From Bacteroidia bacterium (GTDB lineage Bacteria; Bacteroidota; Bacteroidia; Cytophagales; Cyclobacteriaceae): a stretch of DNA of 64,000 nucleotides. The notes under the pieces are model-generated. The model made no database searches, was not told the origin of the DNA, and saw nothing but the letters and a program-made list of their open reading frames with translations. Position 1 is the stretch's first letter, and every line of letters begins with the position of its first letter. Shown one piece after another: positions 61,401 to 64,000 of this stretch. A program made the translations under genes and the position numbers. The stretch is from positions 13,918 through 77,917 of the forward strand of contig JANNRV010000128.1 of NCBI GenBank assembly GCA_031401775.1, read 5' to 3'.

Positions 61401-64000
61401 TTACAATTCCAATTCAATCGTCTCTCCTACGCCAAACGCTTTTCCATCCAACTTCTCTGGTTTCTTACTAGTAACAATTGGCTTTTTATCTTCTACTTTT
61501 TCTGCCTTTGCTTTTTGGTTTTCCCCGAAGAGGTTTGCTTGCTCGACTTGCCGTTGGCTTTTTGCTTTTTGGAGTTGCTTTTCGCTGGGAGCTTTTGGTT
61601 TTTCCGGCTCCCCGAAGAGGTTTGCTTGCTCTGGCTTTTCCGGTTCTTCGGTTTCCCATTTTTTTTTTCCCCGATTGCTATCGGGGTCGGCCGCTTCCAC
61701 AAGCTCATTCTCTTCATCCCCTTCCTCTAGTCCTGTATCTTCTGGCTCCTCCACTGCCTTCACTTTCGTGACTTTGTGCTGCGAGAGCCGGTTGCCCATG
61801 GCCTTCCAACCTTTCACATCAATGATGTCTTCCAGACTGATTACCTCCACTTCCTTATCCTTGCCTTTTCCTTTCACCACCTCCAACTCCACTTCAGGTT
61901 CATCGGATGTGGTCACATACTCAAGTCTGGAGCCGATGGATTCTGAAATAAATCCAAACTCCTTATCCAATGAATTGGTCTCAATTAAGAAGCGCTTCAC
62001 AAAATGCTGTTTACTTTCGCCATCCCAATACACGGCAGAGATCGCTTTCTTAGGATGAAATTTTTCTACCAATATGGTCTTCTCCGGTTCGTAACGATTT
62101 GTAATTTCAAAGTTGGTGATCTTGTAATTTCCACTTTTGGTAATCGCAAGAATCTGATCATCTCCATCGAACTTACCGATGTGTTTACCCCGTTTCTCTT
62201 TATTCAACCTACCTGAGGATTCGTCAAACCACAGTTCAAGGCCACTGAGTGTAGAAACTCCTGACTTGAGCATATCCACTTTGCGTATTGGGTATTTGGT
62301 CAGCGTATTTCCCTTGGCGCCACGACCCTTTACTTCCAATTCAGAAAAGTCGAACTCAAAAATTTTCTTTCTGGCCGTACTCGAAGGATTCAGTTTAACT
62401 TCAACTACTTCAGCTTCTCCATTAGGGTTTGCGCTGAGGTAATGAACCCTTGAATTGGGATCGGCTCCTCCCAGTGGATATTCTTTATCACGCGTCACTC
62501 CGGGCATGGTAAATCGCTTCACGAAAGACTTGCCCGTTTTGCCATCGCTGTAAATCATGTTATAGATCATGCGTTCATCGCCTTTCTTCCAGATGCCCGC
62601 ATACAAAATATCTTTGCCCATGAATACCTTTTCTGAAATTCTGCTGACGACTGCTTTACCATCTCTTCGAATGGCAATAATATCATCCAGCTCGGAGCAT
62701 TCGCAGATGTATTCATCTTTCTTTAGCCCCCAGCCGATAAATCCATCGGTGCGGTTGACATATAACTTCTGATTGTTGGCAATTACTTCTACGGCAGTAA
62801 CTGACTGGAAGCTCTTGATTTCTGTTTTCCGCTCACGGCCTTTGCCATATTTGTCCAGCAGATTTTGGTAATACGCAATCGCATACTCCACCAAATGCTT
62901 TAAGTGGTGCAAGGTATCCTTCAGTTCCTTTTCCAGGTCTTTTAAAAGCTCATCGGCTTTGAAAGTGTCATATTTGGAAATCCGCTTGATCCTGATTTCC
63001 ATCAGGCGAAGAATATCATCGCGCGTAATCTCTCGGTAGAACTGTTTTTTATATGGCTTCAGTCCTTTGTCAATTGTACTAATGACCTCCTCAAAGGTTT
63101 CAACTTCTTCAATGCTTCGGTAAATTCGTTTTTCAATGAAAATCTTCTCCAAAGAGGAAAACAGAATCTTCTCCATGAGTTCCGCCTTGCGAATTTCCAA
63201 TTCCCGCTTCAGGAGCTTGACCGTCTGATCAGTATTGTACTTCAGAATTTCATTCACTTTCATGAACTGAGGCTTGTCGGCCACAATCACGCAAGCGTTG
63301 GGGGAAATGGATACCTCACAATCTGTAAATGCATACAAGGCATCGATGGCAATCTCAGGCGAAAGGCCCGGCTGAAGATTGACCAATATCTCCACATCCT
63401 TGGCGGTATTGTCAACCACCTGCTTCACTTTAATTTTCCCTTTTTCACTTGCCTTGACAATGGATTCCATCAAAGAAGCGGTGGTAGTACCGAAGGGTAT
63501 CTCTTTGATAATCAACGTTTTTTTGTCGCTAATCTCAATCTTGGCTCTTACCTTAATTCTGCCACCACGATAACCTTGATCATACTCAGAGAAATCGGCA
63601 ATACCTCCTGTCGGGAAGTCCGGGTAAAGCTTTGGGTTCTTGCCTTTCAACACGTCAATGGATGCCTTGATCAACTCGCAGAAATTGTGTGGAAGTATTT
63701 TGGTTGACAAGCCCACCGCAATACCTTCTACGCCCTGCGCCAACAGTAAAGGAAATTTTACAGGAAGTGTGACCGGTTCTTTCTTCCTTCCATCATAAGA
63801 CAATTGCCACTCTGTAGTTTGGGAATTGTAAGCTATGTCGAGTGCAAATTTTGATAGCCTTGCCTCGATGTATCGCGCTGCGGCCGCACTATCTCCTGTC
63901 CGTACATCACCCCAGTTACCCTGGGTGTCCAATAAAATATCTTTTTGCCCAATGTTTACGATGGCCTCCCCGATGGCAGCATCTCCATGAGGATGGTACT
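61401..64000 (-). CDS. parC: DNA topoisomerase IV subunit A, Bacteroidota type (5' end beyond the window)
   Basis: Frame is open to the window edge: YHPHGDAAIG...LLDTQGNWG...AAARYIEARL (catalytic Tyr). Confidence 0.88.
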   Translation of the reverse strand, partial: YHPHGDAAIGEAIVNIGQKDILLDTQGNWGDVRTGDSAAAARYIEARLSKFALDIAYNSQTTEWQLSYDGRKKEPVTLPVKFPLLLAQGVEGIAVGLSTKILPHNFCELIKASIDVLKGKNPKLYPDFPTGGIADFSEYDQGYRGGRIKVRAKIEISDKKTLIIKEIPFGTTTASLMESIVKASEKGKIKVKQVVDNTAKDVEILVNLQPGLSPEIAIDALYAFTDCEVSISPNACVIVADKPQFMKVNEILKYNTDQTVKLLKRELEIRKAELMEKILFSSLEKIFIEKRIYRSIEEVETFEEVISTIDKGLKPYKKQFYREITRDDILRLMEIRIKRISKYDTFKADELLKDLEKELKDTLHHLKHLVEYAIAYYQNLLDKYGKGRERKTEIKSFQSVTAVEVIANNQKLYVNRTDGFIGWGLKKDEYICECSELDDIIAIRRDGKAVVSRISEKVFMGKDILYAGIWKKGDERMIYNMIYSDGKTGKSFVKRFTMPGVTRDKEYPLGGADPNSRVHYLSANPNGEAEVVEVKLNPSSTARKKIFEFDFSELEVKGRGAKGNTLTKYPIRKVDMLKSGVSTLSGLELWFDESSGRLNKEKRGKHIGKFDGDDQILAITKSGNYKITNFEITNRYEPEKTILVEKFHPKKAISAVYWDGESKQHFVKRFLIETNSLDKEFGFISESIGSRLEYVTTSDEPEVELEVVKGKGKDKEVEVISLEDIIDVKGWKAMGNRLSQHKVTKVKAVEEPEDTGLEEGDEENELVEAADPDSNRGKKKWETEEPEKPEQANLFGEPEKPKAPSEKQLQKAKSQRQVEQANLFGENQKAKAEKVEDKKPIVTSKKPEKLDGKAFGVGETIELEL

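Noticed and set aside
142-63573. Many 60-240 aa ORF-track entries overlapping long genes (e.g. 33630-34355, 26732-27280, 61396-62058)
   Set aside because: They are antisense or alternate-frame shadows of well-supported CDSs, with no recognisable motifs.
63970-63996. Ala at the ParC Ser80-equivalent position (HPHGDAA) as acquired quinolone resistance
   Set aside because: HPHGDA is, to my knowledge, the normal sequence in Bacteroidota ParC.

Overview
Bacteroidota (Cytophagales-like) chromosomal window. 1-10.8 kb: alpha-glucan-type polysaccharide utilisation locus (SusD partial, SusC, LacI with operators, GH31, MFS sugar transporter, CBM48-like esterase). 10.9-25.5 kb: housekeeping and envelope genes (msrA, msrB, class II amidotransferase, a TA pair whose toxin has a nonsense codon, lhgO, RidA, MoeB-rhodanese, MetZ-like, Na+/solute symporter, cytochrome-c-like lipoprotein / frameshifted YceI / DUF5777-like barrel, beta-propeller). 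25.6-49.0 kb: accessory region bracketed by a repeated 19-bp terminator hairpin. It holds a four-gene, ATGA-coupled, signal-peptide-bearing YD/Rhs locus in which the usual DUF6443-Rhs protein appears split into two genes. The toxin-bearing half carries Ig/PKD-like repeats and about 19 plant-type LRRs and ends in an M15-like peptidase tip, followed by a candidate immunity gene. The region also holds a REP array with an intact REP-associated tyrosine transposase, a second broken copy interrupted by a hairpin-bounded Fic gene, a stalk/beta-barrel protein, a 21-bp repeat array, an orphan response regulator and a Uma2 nuclease. 49-64 kb: thrS-infC-rpmI-rplT, envelope and enzyme genes, hicBA and parC (partial). 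Three related intergenic elements with 13-17 bp terminal inverted repeats occur at 48.2, 49.8 and 59.0 kb. No tRNA, rRNA, CRISPR array or integrase was recognised. Family assignments come from motif recognition only; no searches were run.
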